A stretch of DNA of 64,000 nt, taken from the NCBI RefSeq assembly GCF_009914755.1, contig NC_060933.1, one strand, 5' to 3'. Below are positions 24,951 to 40,467 of the stretch, one piece after another (within the stretch, counting starts at the first letter, position 1; every line of letters begins with the position of its first letter). The stretch is from the human T2T-CHM13v2.0 reference genome, Homo sapiens. The translations under genes were made by a program, and so were the position numbers. The notes below the pieces were generated by a model that had not been told where the DNA came from, searched no databases, and saw only the letters and a list, made by a program, of their open reading frames with translations.

Positions 24951-27920
24951 TGTATATTATTTTTCATTGTGTATTTTGTAATTTTTGTTTGTGAATTTAT
25001 TTTTAATATAGTTTTCAATTTAACTTGTTAGTTTCTGTAGTGGCAAATTCTTGTGTTTGCAATATTGGATTATTTCTCCATAAGAGTTTCACATTTCTTC
25101 TGCTAGGAAATCCATGGGGAATATTGGAATTGGGCTAGTTTTTATTTTATTTCTAATGTTTAAAGTTTCTGAAAAATATTGGCGTTAAAAAATTCTACTT
25201 CAATCCTGAGTAAAGAATAAAGTGCTAGTGACAAATTCCCAGTTGTGTTTTCCTTTCTTAATATTTGAGAGCCACAGCAAATGTTGCATACCCTTTGATG
25301 TTAAGCAGAAACTTTTGTCTAGACATTGACTTCAGGCTTTAAAATATGTAGTATCTCCCCCAGATTAAAGGTAACTAGTCCCTGATTTCTATTAAAATAT
25401 AATCTTTAGAAGCTTAAAATCATAGCTCTCAGACAAATATAAAATGAATAGGTTTTAAAGATATTAACTTGAATTAATAAATAACAAATAGATGTTTTAA
25501 ATGACACAAAGGGAATCTGAGAAACTGGGACATTTAGAAGCAATTTAGCAAAATAACATTAAGATTGCTTGGTTAAATAAATAAATATAGATTGATATAT
25601 AACAGTCTCATAAATCTGTGAGGTTATCTGTTCTACTAAGGAGATATATTTGTATCTTTACAGGAAAAAAAATTCATGGTGCAAAATCCCTTTACTAAAT
25701 CTGGTACCTTTAATTATTATTGTATAGCACTTAAGTGTAGGAACTTGAATATAGCCAATATATTCCTAAAGATCTAAATTACTCTCCAAATAAAATGCTT
25801 TTTGTACATAATTTTTTCTATTCCCATTAATTATCTTTCACAGTTTTATTTTGTTTTGATTTTTTCATTTGTTCCTTCCCCCTCCCCTTGGCATTCAGTT
25901 AATTCTATTTTCTTTCCCAAACAGGCACATTATCATTAAATGTAATGGTTGGCTGAATCATAACCACATTTAAATATTGCTCTGTTTTGCCATTTGTTTT
26001 TCTTCCTTCTTTCTTTCCTTTCTTCGTTCTTGCTTTTCTTGGCAAGCTTATGAAGTTTTATTTGTGTAATTGCTACACAAAGAAACTTCATTGTGTTTGT
26101 ATTTGCCCTTCAATTGGATCATAAATGCCTTGGTGGCAATGAATGTACATAGCTATTTCTGCATCCTAAGTAGCATATATGTAGGTTTTGAATACAGGAT
26201 TGATAAATGTTTGTCTTGTGAAATTAAAATAATTACTGATGTCTACATATTGTTTCCAGCTTGCTTCTCTGTTGTTTCCTCTTTAGATATGCTAGATAAC
26301 CACTTCAATATGATTCTTCTTATGTAAAACCTCATATATTCTCAAAAGTATTATGTATGTATTCAACTAACTGTACATCTACAGTACAGTAAAAAATGAG
26401 ATTGTAGTAAGTGAAAATGCATTTATAAGTATAGGCAAATTTTTAGGCAAGACACCTCATAAAGATCACTTTAGAAATTAGATCAAGTAAAAATAAGTCA
26501 CAAAAAGAAACGTGAATTAGTCATCTTAAACATTGTTTTAGGCAGTAAAACAACATTGAAAAAAGAGGATCTTGTAAAGCCTGATACTTGATTCCTATAG
26601 GATAACTGAATCAAATCAGATGTTTTAGAGGTAATGGTCACCTGATTGTTTTCTCTTGAGTTTTTTCATATAATAGTTGCAGCGGTTCTTGCAATGAGGA
26701 ATTTTTTTATGGAAATGTGAAATAAAGTACAGAAATTCCTAATGAAAACCTGTCTTTTAAGTGGATCTCTAAATTCTAAGAAAGTGCTTATATTATCTTA
26801 GTTATTTAGCTATTAGCCTGTCAATCATTAGGAAAGTAAGAGCAATTTGCAAAGCATCTACCACTGTGCTAGTACTTGCTCACATGTTCTCATCCACCTA
26901 AGGGACTATTCAAAGCATCTTAATAGTTGCTACTAATTCATATAATTTAATTAATAGAATAGCAAATACATTCTCATCTTATTTCACATTTTTAACATAC
27001 ACAAGTTATAGCTATTTTATAGTGATTAGGTTTAGTAAAAATAACACTGATAAAACTCAACTGTTAGCATGTACAGTTTTAGGCTACGTATTTTTCAAAA
27101 CAACAAAATATAATTTTTTTAGACTCAACTTGAAATTTTGTAAAAAATAAAGTTTCAGAAATAGTAAACTATCACAGAACAAGAAGCATAATAGAAAGTA
27201 GAAATTGTTTTACTATAAAAAATACTATAAATAAAAGGGCTAAATGTTTCTTAATATTCGTATACTGATACCAAATATTAGATGCCTTGAGTCACTAAAT
27301 TAAATTGTCCCTAAATATTACATTTATTATTTAAAATGTTAATGTTGCTTACAAACCTCAACAGATATTTTTGCCAACTTATAGATGGGAGAATTTAAAA
27401 AAGATGTTGGTGTTTTTAAAAATAGCTTTTAGAAAAGCAACAAAGTGATTTTATGTCTGGAGGTGAAGACCCTTGGAGGAATTTTTCTCATGGACTGTCA
27501 AAATATATACCCAAACCATAAGTGGATGTCTGAATAATAATTCATTTACTTTTATTTGATTTGTCAGGTTTTATTTTTCAAAACAAGAGTCAGAATAAGT
27601 GATGTCTTTTAGTTGGACTTGTTTCTATTGTTTATTAACATATCCAAGGAACACGTAGAATGAATTGGCAGAATATAATCATATTATCAAATAATTATTA
27701 GTTTAGTCAGTTTCATAAACCTAGATAATCAAATGAAAATACATAATAATATAATTATGTCATAATTTTTATCAAAATTTTAAAATTAATGAATTAAATC
27801 CAGCTACCAAAGATAAGGGTTTGTGAAAAGCAGATACAATACTAGAGTGGAGGTTGTAATGAAAACTCAGAATGGGCTATAGTATTAAAAAAATAGTAAA
27901 GACCTCCAGTATTTTTTTTT

Positions 27921-30900
27921 CTCAAAATGGCAGATTAGAGTCATTGTTAGCATGCCTCTCCTATTTGGAAAGACAGAATTGTGTGTGGAGATTCACACTG
28001 TAAATTTTTTCCAAGAAGCAACACAGAAAATTAACAGGAAAACTGAAAGAAAGCACAGACTTTTTGAAAGAAGTGTCAGGTTGCTGTCTAAAATCATGAG
28101 CCAGGAGGAAAACTTTAAGTCCCTAGAATGTCAGATAGGGATAAACTGCCTCTAGGACATATACTCCTACTGGGGAACCAAGCAATCCAGGCCACAGGGA
28201 AAGGCCTTAATCCCACCCAGCGCTGGAGCTGATTTAGTGAGCAGTGGGGCATATATGAGAAGTAGCAGCATGGGGACGGGCTTGGTGTGCATGCCCAGCA
28301 GGACAGAGGAAAGCCATCCCTGATCCTATCTCACAGGGGACCTCACAGAAGTCAGCCAGGTAACTCAGGCAGTGGTCACAGGTTGAGAGAAGCTCTCAAC
28401 TGAGATTCGTGATATAATCTCGAGTGGAGACAAACCTCCTTGGTCAGAACCATGGGGCAGATGGGAAATGTGCTGCAGCCATAGGTGCAAGAGCTGGGTG
28501 CCCCTGCTTCATGGGCCAACTAGGAGAGGCGTGACCTGGAAGCCATGGTTGCAGTCTCTTCTGGGAAGTCTTATGGCCTTGGGCAGTGTTGAGTTCTGAG
28601 TGTTGACTGCTTGGAACCAAGCTGCTGCGAGTGGGACACTGCAGGTGCAAGACCTGCTTTGCCAAGTGTGTGGGAGCTGAGTGGGGCTAACTGCTGCCTG
28701 CTGCTCCCTATTCCTCATACAGATGCTTCTCTGCAGCAGAGGCAGCTGTGGTACTCCCTGCAACATTACTCCTACAGCCAGAGGACCACTATCTGATCCC
28801 CACTGGGGACAGTGCTTTTGCCCACACATGGCAGACAAAAGAGAGCTAGAATGTGAACTTGCCTGATTCAGCCCCCAGCTGGCTTTGCCCCTCCATCTGC
28901 CCTGGTAGCTTAACACAAAGAATAGAAAATTTTGAGAGCTCAATGGCCCTGCCCATTGCCTGAGTCATCAGCTTACCTCCCCTGCGTAACATAAGGCAAG
29001 CACAAATCCCACTGCTACCAGCTGGTGCTCTTTTTCAAGTGCCACCTTGTGGCTGGAGGCCTACTGACACAATCCATTACAGCATCTGCAGGCACACTAA
29101 CAGTGCACAGGAAAGAGAAAACTTGTGTGTGACCTAAGCTATCACCTTTGCCTATATAACCTTGGCTAACTAGGAGGTCCTGAGTCTGTCCATGCGACCA
29201 GTTCATTACTACTACAGGTGGCATTACAGAAAAACCAATGCACCAAGACTACTTATAATCAAGAAATCTCACAGAGTCTATGTCATTCTCCTGTCACCCC
29301 CATGAGAGCTGTTGTTGCTACTCACTACGGAGTCTTGAGAACAGGTCACATCACTGGACCCCTTGTAGACATTTCCCAGCACCAACCTGGAGTGTGGCAG
29401 TCCCACTAGGTGGCTAGAGCCAGAGAAGTAGCAGCATTCATACTAGTCTGGCCCTCAGGGACTCCTACTCTTAGGATAAGGTGGAGTGCACATCAGTGGC
29501 ACACCCCATGGAAAAAAGAATCTAGATGGCAGGACTTGAGTCCAGAACTTCCCACCTGTGGAAAGTTTCTTTCAGTAGAGGCACAGGTACAGTGCTGGAC
29601 TTGGGAAAATCTACAGAACGGTCTTGAAGAAAAAGACTTTCCCCCCTCATTCACCACTGCAGACACAGCTGGTGCTTCTCTTATGGGAATTTAGCATGAG
29701 TGGACCTGTAGATAGCCTTTCTGGAACACTTCAAGTTAACTGCGTCCCCAGAGGAGGAGTCCCCTCCAGATTCAGATTTGCATAAGGCATAGAATCACAA
29801 TCTCTCTCTACTTGGAACGTGAGAATTCCTGCAAATAAAAAGGGCCTGCTAATCTGAATAGCTAGAACTGTATTTAGGAGTGTGACCTGCTTTCCTGGGG
29901 GCCTGGCAAGGGAGCTGAAGTGGCTCCCTCCCTTCCCCGTGAAAAGACCTCAGTGCATTTCACTAAGAGCTCCCACAGATGCCTCGGTCAAGGCTTGGAC
30001 TTCTTCCCACCATTGGGTATTGCATTTACCAATCTGCTGGTTTTCACTCAGGGACACCTCCCCTACTGGCCTGAAATCTGAATTATTCAACCAGGTAAAG
30101 AAAACACTGGGAGAAAAAAAAAGGCAAAAACGTGCACACCACTTGGGAACTAGATAAGCTTCATGAGACCTCTGCCATTGCTACCCCACAGGAAACAGTG
30201 AACCTCCACACACACACTGAGCATAATGTTACCACAACTAGCATCTGAGAAAGCCAACATACAAACATTTTAAATAACCAGGGAACTTATACAGTCTTCA
30301 CCCCTGAAAGCACCCAGAGCTGAATTAGCTTACAATAAACTATAAACATTAAAGTCACATCCTCAAAGTGAAAAAAAAAAGTGAAAAATCACAGTCAAAT
30401 CAAAAAATAAATTCAAAAATAATTAGAAGATATAGTCTCAAAAGTAATTAGAAGTTATACTCTATCCAAATGAGAAGAAACCAGAAAAATAATTCCGGCA
30501 ATAGGACAAAATAGGGTTCTATAACACCTCAAAAAGAACACACTAAGTCCCCAGCAATGGATCCCAACCAAGATGAAATCTTTGAAATGCCAGAAAAATA
30601 ATTCAAAGAAATAAGCAAAGTCTCTTAGAAATAGGTGACTATGTAAAATGGCCAAATATAGCAATTGCTGTTCCTAAGGGAGAAGAAACAGCAAAACTTT
30701 TTGAATACTTATTTGAGGGCATAATTGAAGAAAACTTTGCTAGCCTTGCTAGATATTTAGATGTCCAAATACAAGAAACTCAATGAGCTCTGGGGAGGTT
30801 CACTGCAAAACTGACATTACAAAGCCATATAGTAATCAAGCTATCTAAAGTCAACATGAAGAAATGAATTCTAAGAACAGTGAGACAAAAGCTACAAGTA

Positions 30901-33900
30901 ACCTATAAAGGAAAACCTATTAGACTAACAGCAGACTTCTCAGCAGAAATCTTACAGGCCAGAAGTTCACTGTATCTTTAGGCTTATCTTTAATATCCTT
31001 AGACAAAATAACTATTAGTCAAAAATTTTGTATCCAGCAAAACTGAGTCTCATAAATGAAAGAGAAATAATGTCTTCCTCAGACAAGCAAATGCTGAGGG
31101 AATCTGTCCCTATCAGACCAGTCCTACAAGAAATGCTAAATCTTGAAACAAAATGTTGAGCTGCATCAGAACCTAACATACAAAGATTCTCATAGACTCA
31201 AGGTAAGGGGGTGGAGAAAGATACTCAATGCAAATGGAAACCAAAAGCAAGCAAGTGTAGTTATATCAGATAAAGTAGACTTTAAAGCAACAATAGTAAA
31301 AAAAAAACCAAAGAAAGTCATTACATAATAATTAAATAATTAATTCAACAAAATATAATAATTCTACATAAGTATGCACATAACACTGGAGCTCCTACAT
31401 TTATAAAACAATTACTACTAGACCTAAGAAAAGGAATAGACAGCAACACAATAATAGTGACGAACTCTAACACTCCACTGACAGCACTAGACAGATCACT
31501 GAAGCAGGAAGTCAACAACAACAAAAACAAAAAAACACTGGACTTAAGTTGCAGTCCAGAAGAAATGGACCTAACAGATGTTTACAGAACATTGTACCCA
31601 AAAACCGCAGAATTCACATTCTTCTCATCAACACATAGAACAGCCTCCAAGACAGACCATAGGATAGGCCACAAAAACAAATCTCAATAAATTTTAAAAA
31701 GTCAAAATTATATAAAGTATCTTCTCAGGTCACAGTGAAATAAAACTAGAAATGAGCTCCAAAAGGAACCCTTAAAACTATACAATTACCTGGAAATTGA
31801 ACAATCTGCTTCTTAATGATTACTGGTTTAACAATGAAATGAAGAAAGAAATTAAAAAATTCTTTAAATGGATGATTATAGTGACACAAGTTATCAAAAC
31901 CTCTGGGACATAGCAAAAGCAATGCTAAAAGGAAAGTTTCTAGCACTGAACACCTACGTAAAAAAGTCTGAAAGATTACAAATTCGCAACATAATGTCAT
32001 ACCTCAAGAAACTATAGAAACAACAAATCAAACTTAAAGCCAGGAGAAGAAAAGAAAGATTAAAGCAGAACTAAATGAAATTGAAATAAAAATACAAAAG
32101 TTTAATGAAACAAAATTTGGTTATTTGAAAATAGAAATAAAATAGATCATTAGTTAGAAGAATTAAGATTGTTAGAACAATTAACAATTGTTCTAACAAT
32201 TAGAACGATTAACAATTGTCCTAACAGTTAGAACATGAGTTAGAACAATTAAGAAGATCGAAGTTTAAATTAGCTCGATTAGAAATAAAAATGGAAACAT
32301 TTTAACCAATATCACAGAAATATAAAAGATCATTTGAGACTACTATGTAACCTCTATGCACATAAAAATAAAAGTAAAGAAAATAGATAGATTCCAGGAA
32401 ACATACAACCCTACTAGCTTAAACCAGGAAGAAATAGGTATCCTTACAGACCAATAACAAGCAGTGAGATTGTATCAGTAAGAAAAAAAAAAATGCCGAC
32501 TAAAAAAACCAGACAGATCACAGCCAAATTCTATCAGACATTCAAAGAAGAACTGGTACCAAGCCTACTGAAACTACTCTAAAAGACTGAGAAAAAGGGA
32601 ATCCTCCTTAACTCATTCTATGAAGCCAGTATCACCCTGATACCAAAACCAGAAAAAGGCATATCATAAAAAAAGAAAACTACAAATGAACATCTCTGAT
32701 AAAGACATATGCAAAAATTCTTAACAGATACTGGCAAATCAAATCCAAAAGCATATCAAAAAGACAATTCACTATAATCAAGTGAGTCTCATCCCAGGGA
32801 GGCAAGGATGACTCAACATACACAAGGTAATAAATGTGATGTATTTTATAAACAGAATTAAAAACCAAATACATGTGATCATCTCAATAGATGCATAAAA
32901 ACATTCAGTAAAATCCAGCATTGCTTTATGATAAAAACCCTAAACAAACTAGACATAGAATAAACATATCTCAAAATAATAAAAGCTATATATGACAAAC
33001 CCATGGCCAACATCATATTGAATGGGGAAAAGTTGAAAGTCTTCCCACTGAGGGCTAGAACAAGTTAAGGATGCCCATTTTCACCACTTCTACTTAACAT
33101 AGTACTGGAAGTCCTACCCAGAGCAATCAAGCAAGAGGAAGAAATAAAGGGCATCCAAGCTGGAAAAGAGGAAGACAAATTATCTCTGTTTGCTGATGAT
33201 TTAAGCATATACTTAGATAAGCCTAAGAATTCCACCAAAAGACTCTTCTATTTGATGAATGAATTCATAAAATCTTAGGTTACAAAATGAATGTACACAA
33301 ATTAGTACTACTGCATAGCACCAACAATGATCAAGCTGAGAATCAAATCAAGAACTCAATTTCTTTTACAATAGCAGCAGAAAAAAAATTGAAATACACT
33401 TAACCAAATAAGTGAAAGATCTCCATAAGGAGAGCTACAAAAACTGCTGAAATAAATTAGAGATGATATAAACAAATGGAAATACATCCCATGCTCATGG
33501 ATAGGAAGAATCATATTTGTGAAAATGACCTTACTGCTAAAAGCAATCTACAGATTCAATGCAATTCCTATCAAAATACTGACATCATTTTTCATAGAAT
33601 TAGAGAAAGCAATTCTAAATTCTTATGAAACCAGAAATGAGCTTGAATTAAAAAAGCAACTCTAAGCAAAAAGAACAAATCCGGAGGCATAGTTTTAAGA
33701 GACTTCAAGTTATAATACAAGGTTTTAGTAATCAAAACAGCATGCATGGTACTGGTATAAAGGTAGATAAATAAACCAAAGGAAAGGAATAGAGAAACCA
33801 GAAATAAAGCCAAATGTATACAACCAACTGATCCTCCACAAAGCATTCAAAAACATAAATAGGAAAGGACACCCTATTCAATAAATGATGCAGGGAAAAC

Positions 33901-35090
33901 AAGATAGCCACATGTAGAAGAATGAAACTGGATCACTCTTTCTCACCATCCACAAAAATTAGAAGATGGATCAGACTTAAATATAAAACCCAAAACCATA
34001 AAAATTCTAGAAAAAAACTAAGAAAAACGCATCTGGATATTTACCTAAGCCAAAACTTTATGACTAAGACTCCAAAAGTAAATGCAACAAAAACAAAAAT
34101 AAATAAAAAGGACATAAGTAAACTAAAAACCTTCACAGCAAAAGAAATAATCATCACAGTAAACAGATAACTCAGAGAATAGAAGAAAATGTTTACAAAG
34201 TATGCATCTAGCAAATAATTAATATCTAGAATTAACAAGGAAAACAAATCAGCAAGAAAAAATAATCCCAACAGAAAGTGAAAAAAAATTACATGAATAG
34301 ACATTTCTCAAAAGAAGATATACAAATGACCAACAAACATATAAAAAATTCTCAATGTCACTAATCATCAAAGAAATGCAAATTAAAACCACAGTGAGAT
34401 ACCATCTTTTCCCAGCATAATAGCCATTATTAAAAAGTCAAAAAAAAAAAAAAACAAACAAACAGATTTTGGCATGAATGTGGTGAAAAGGGCATGCTTA
34501 TACATTGCTGGTGGGAATGTAAATTAGTACATCCTTTATGTAAAGCATTATGGAGATTTTTGAAATAACTAAAAGTAGATCTAGCATTCAGTCCATCAAT
34601 CCCACTACTGGTTAACTACTCAAAAAAAGTCATTGTATCAAAAATACACCTGCATGTATATGTTTATTGCAGTACAATTCACAATTACAAAGATACAGAA
34701 CCAACCTAAGTGCTCCTCAACCAATGAGTGGATAAAGAAATGTGGTAAACATACACCATGACATACTACTCAGCCCTAAAAAGAATGAAATAATGTCATT
34801 TGCAGCAACTCCAACTGGAGCTGGAGGCCATTATTCTAAGTGAAGTAACTCAGGAATGGAAAACCAAATATCATATATTCTCACTTTTAAGTGGTAGCTA
34901 AGCCATGGGTATGCATACAGAGTGGTATAATGGACATTGGAGACCACTAAGGGGGAGAGTAGGAGGTGGGTGAGGGATAAAACACTACATATTGGGTACA
35001 ATGTACACTACTTGGGTGACAAGGGCACCAAAATCTCAGACTTTACCACTCTGTAACCAAAAACCACTTGTTCCCCAAAAGCTATTGTGT
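27921..35090 (+). mobile_element. Near full-length decayed L1PB (PB4-like 3' UTR, L1PBa-type 5' UTR)
   Basis: 5' UTR aaaatggcagattagag...gtgtggagattcacac; ORF1 remnant ~30470-31150; EN/RT remnants (SLFADD ~33183); 3' UTR gcatacagagtggtataatggacattggagac...ccaaaagctattg; degenerate TSD tccag(t/g)attttttttt (27905-27920, 35132-35147). Confidence 0.9.
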
Positions 35091-35861
35091 TATATATGTA
35101 CATTACATATGTCTAAGTATAGCCATAGATATCCAGGATTTTTTTTTATCCTTAAAAAAACCATATGATTTAAGAGAACTTAAAGTTATTAAAAATATAT
35201 TATTATTTTAATTCTCCATCTCCCCTGGTAGTGTGCTATGCAAATAATAATGAGGAGATATTAAAGGTCCCTGGGTTTCTCATGGATTCTCTCAAAGCAC
35301 TAGCTTCTTGAGACTCTTCACACACTGAGAGAATTAGATCTGTAGCCCTTTGTCCAGTTAATTTCTCTGATTTGCAACAATAGGAAAACTTCTTTTACTC
35401 CCCTAAGAGGGTCAAATTTTTAAAATCCTTAGATTACTAGGTTCCTAGGTTAAGTACTAGGGTAAGAGGAAGACTAGGTTTTTGTATTCATATGTCAAAA
35501 GATATGATGTTCCAGAATTTGGAGACAGCTATAGGTCATAAAAACTTGGAGATACAGGGTTATTTGGTTCCAGGAGAGATTTTACAACATTCCAAAAGTT
35601 TGGAATAAAGAAGATATCCTCTTAGAAGGACAGAAAAACAGCCGTTTCCGTCCTATTATAAGTATAAAAACAAAGACAAGGAAAAAAACCATTGTTCTTA
35701 ACTTCTTGCTTTCAGAGAGTCTGGCCTCTCACTAGGATGATCTGGATCTCTTTATACTGTCCAAAGATAAGAACTGGGAAAAGGAGCAGCCAACACACAT
35801 TATTAAGAAATCTGTTTCTGACTGAGAACACTGTGTGGACATTTAAAATAAAATTAACAAA

Positions 35862-35975
35862 CTTGAGCCCAGGAGTTTGAGGCTGCCATGTGCTATGATG
35901 GCATCACTACACTCTAACGTGGGCAACTAAGTGAGAACCAGTTTCTAAATAAATAAAGAAATAAATACATAAATA
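35862..35975 (+). mobile_element. Truncated FLAM/AluJ 3' fragment
   Basis: cttgagcccaggagtttgaggctgccatgtgctatgat...(TAAA) tail. Confidence 0.85.
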
Positions 35976-38701
35976 GTAAAATGAATAAGATGAGTATTAA
36001 AAGCCCAAAAACAGATTCTCAAATTTTGTTGAATATGTGAATGGATGAATAAATATGAAATGTAGATGGAGACATTAGGAAGAAGTTAGCTTCCACTGAA
36101 AAATATACACAAATCAAATTCCAAATAATTAAATATGTAGAATATAGCTTGTTTACAACAATAAAAAATAATGTTCTCTGTCAGAGAAAATTAAGAAAAG
36201 CAATTTAAACTCAACTGTTATAGAAAGAAAGATTACTATCTATTTAGCAGTGCTTAAAAAGGAGGTCATAGAGAATTAATTCCAATATAAACCTGACATG
36301 AACAGCAATGCAAAAAATTTGGACTCAATGTAAAATATTATTTGATGGTGTGAATAAATAATGAAATAAATGTTCATAAGATAAATTGTTGAAATAATTT
36401 GAAATCATTTTTGAATAATTATTGAAATAATTAAATAAATTGTTCATGAAAAATTACTCATCTTGAGGAAGACAATCCCCATTTTACTACAATTTCATTA
36501 TTTTATATTGGCAAGAGAAGAAATATTTTGAAAAACATTAATAAAGTTTACTTAAACAGGAGTATGATCCTCTTTCAGATGCAAAATAGAAGATAGGGGA
36601 TGGAGCAAGTCTACCTTCCTTAAAAAGGTAGCTGAAGTCATCAGGAATTGTTTGTGTCATGCTACAGACCTATACTGAAGAATAATAAATGAAACAGACT
36701 TATGAACTCATCAGATATATTTACACTAAGCATACTGATTAGAAAGTTCTCCTCATGTAATTTCTTCTTCCTGAACGATCTCAAAAAATATAATTTCAGG
36801 TCTAGATAATTGAAATAAAAGTGCATCCCTGAAACAAATTATTTAGCTCTTACTTTTTATAAATACTCTAATTGCTAAACTTATCAGGATCATGACCTAC
36901 TTTGTATAGACAAATTAAATTCTAATTCTCCAGATCACAATATATAGGCTTTAAGTCACCATAATTTTTCCCCATTTGCCTCATTTCTGCCTTTCTTTGA
37001 GGTCTCTACCTTTTGTAACTAGTTTTTAATTTGTAAAATATTTACTTAATATTAGCTGATTTATAATTAATTAGTTTAGACTAGAATGGCATTTGAATAC
37101 TTGTTGAAAATAATATCACTTGTAGACCTAGAATACTTTGGTAGCTACTTCATTTTCTCTGTCTCTTTCTGAAAAGTTAGCCAGCTTGCTTTAGGCAGAC
37201 AGTAAGGGAAGGGTCCCCCAGAGAACCTCCTATCTGCTCCACAAGTGTTTATACCAGATGTTTTGTGCAGATAAGGGTACTTGCTCCGGGGGCTTGCCTA
37301 AACATGCCCGCAGTGGAAAATTTTGTTTCTTAACACATGGGCAGTAAGAAAAAAAAATCAATATGGAATGTCTCAGACTAAGGGTCTGCATGCACTCTGG
37401 AAGGATGCAGTGGAGCCTACAGGAATTCATGCCTTATACAAATAGGGAACTCAGCCCCATCAGCTTATATAAAAATGCCTTTGTATTCACCTGTGAAGAG
37501 GGCAGCCGGGAACCTACTTTCAGGACTCCTCTCTTTGCTGAGAGCTTTCCTTTAACTTAATAAGTTCTATACAATTCAGAACAATGTGCTCTCCCTCCGT
37601 TTTTAGAGACATGTCCCTTACCCCAACCTCCAATGGCCACAGGTACACATGTGAGACAAATGGGAGAGTGGCAACTCCCAACCTCCCTCCCCTCCCGGCT
37701 GGGGCACATAGCCCAAGGGCCCCACTTGGCTAGGTGGCCAGCATTTCCTGCTCACTCTTCCCTCTCCCCATGCACCCACAGTGTCTTTCCTCCCCTGGCT
37801 GAGCCAGAAAGGAGGAGACAGCAATTAAAATGTTCTCTCCCTATTGGAGGAACTCATTTGCATAAGAATAAAAGGTTTCTCCTCCAGGCATCTTCCCCAC
37901 CCTGCACTTAAGCTGTTTTATTTTATTTTTCTTTTCTCCACTTTGTAAGGAGTTAACTTTTATGAGAGGTTTTTTGTTTGTTTTTGTTTTTTTTTTCTTA
38001 TTAGGCCAGGACCCCAATTCCCAAGATAGCCTTTTCTCTCCCTTGTTTAAGGAAGACCCAGCTCCAAAGCTTTAGGTTAGCATGACTAATTGCTGCCGAT
38101 TAGGCCCCCTTCCATCTCGTGGATAGAGGTCATTCTAGTATCCACGGCATGCATGAAATCTAGAGAACTCAAAAGTTATCGACAACAGTGGGACAAGCAG
38201 CGCATGGGTAATGGTGGATAACTCGCACCCTGTAAGCCCCCTGTTAACATAGGTGAAAGCTGCATTGGCACCCATGGGTGGTAACCTGCCAAGATCACCA
38301 GGACTCAGGGATATAAGAACAGAAGAAAGAAAGAGGACACTTTTCTCCTCTCCCTCATGTACCTCAGGTATTTACTAGGAAAAAGAAGAAACTAGGGATG
38401 CCTTGCTCCCCTCTTCTTAGATGAGTAACCAATCATCTGCAGCCCACATTTCTCTTGATTGCCTCCTGAATCACTAGGACTCTTCTGAAAAAACACCTCC
38501 TTTCTCCTTTTTCCTCCTCTGTCCTCTCTTTGTGGGTGGGTCATTGTGTCGCTGTACCACAGGACACTCCCTTTGGATGCATCCCTTAAACTGGGAAAAG
38601 TTAATTTCTCCAAATCTTAAACTGCTTGGCTCAAAACTGAGCATGAAAAAGGGCAACTCAGAAGCCTGGTACACCAGCAAAAGGGTAAAAGTTCTTACCA
38701 G

Positions 38702-39150
<449 letters not shown>

Positions 39151-40467
39151 CTAGTCTTAAGCTGTAGCCAATGTAGTGTGCTTTGTGTGTCCTTCTGTAT
39201 AGTTCTGTCATAAAGAGGGGTACCTTAGGATAGAATGCAGGCCTAGGACCCCAAAAGTTTGCTGATCAAACCAGCCTGGCAAACTGGTCAGTAACAAACG
39301 TTGCTGCAGTTCTTCATCTTGTTTTTTGTCCTCAGGAGCTTGACCTTGTAACCACTTGATAATACTTTCTTTTGGCCTCTGCCATTTTACAATGGTGGCC
39401 TGGGTTTAATCCTGGCTTAGGGAATGAGTATATTTTGGCCAATATCTGTGTGACTTCTACCATTTGCTGATTCTCTTCCCCTCTGTAAACAACTTTAGCT
39501 TCCTTTCTTAAATCTTCCTTTGTCTGAACCAACTTTAAAGACCTTAGATTCTGTAAAAACTGCTTAGCACCTCTTTGAAAATAACTTTTACACTTACAGT
39601 TAAGTCATAACCTTAGTTGAGGCTTGTTGGTTTCACCTGTGAGGTTATTTTTGATAAAGTTCAAAAGCCAGAAATATTGGCTGCTCGGCATGGCTAAAGT
39701 TGGGTAATAGATATGAAACGATTTTCTTAGAGCACAGCTGAATTAAAAGTGGATATCCAAGTTATAGGTATATTTAAAGGCCTTTAAATTTTTCTCTGCA
39801 GGTATCTTGTTTTTCTGGAAAAAGGTTCTTTCTCTGTTGAATGATTTTTTTTTTCCCATTTTGTCTTGTCATTCAGTGCATACATGAGAGGCTCTAAGAT
39901 AACTTCTGATAGCCCGGGGCTCCTGGGAAAAAACAAAGAAGGTGCCGCAGACCCCATTTTGGGGAAAAAACACCCTCTGTTTTCCTCACGAAACCCCAGG
40001 AATTAAAAGTGGATAGATCCTTCTCAAAATCTGTCTCTGTCTTCCAGCTATGCCTGTTTATTAGGCCCTAGAAACTGTATGCTGTCCTAGACCCTGCTCT
40101 TGAAGGGCTTCACCCAGAGGCCAATAATCTATTCAGAAGATTGGCAAATGAAAAATCTTACAAGTACTGAATTTGCTTTTGTTCATCTGTGTAATTTTAT
40201 ATTTCTTATGGGCGTGATGTTTATATAAAAAAGCTCTAGGAAAATAAGCACTTAGATCAAATATTTTTTGAAGAAAAATAAAAGCTGTAATACCTTTTCA
40301 GTTCACATGACTATAATCTTTAAGAAATAAAGGCTGTTTTAAAAATAATTGGTAAAATACAAATGTCTTTAAAATGTAAATATGTGGGCTGAATCATGTA
40401 GGTCAAATGCTAGGTTAGCTAAATGCTTCAAAGTTATTAACTGCTTCTTTGGCTTTTAAGAACTATT

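Noticed and set aside
32150-32255. CRISPR-like palindromic repeats
   Set aside because: No regular unique spacers, no cas genes, primate context
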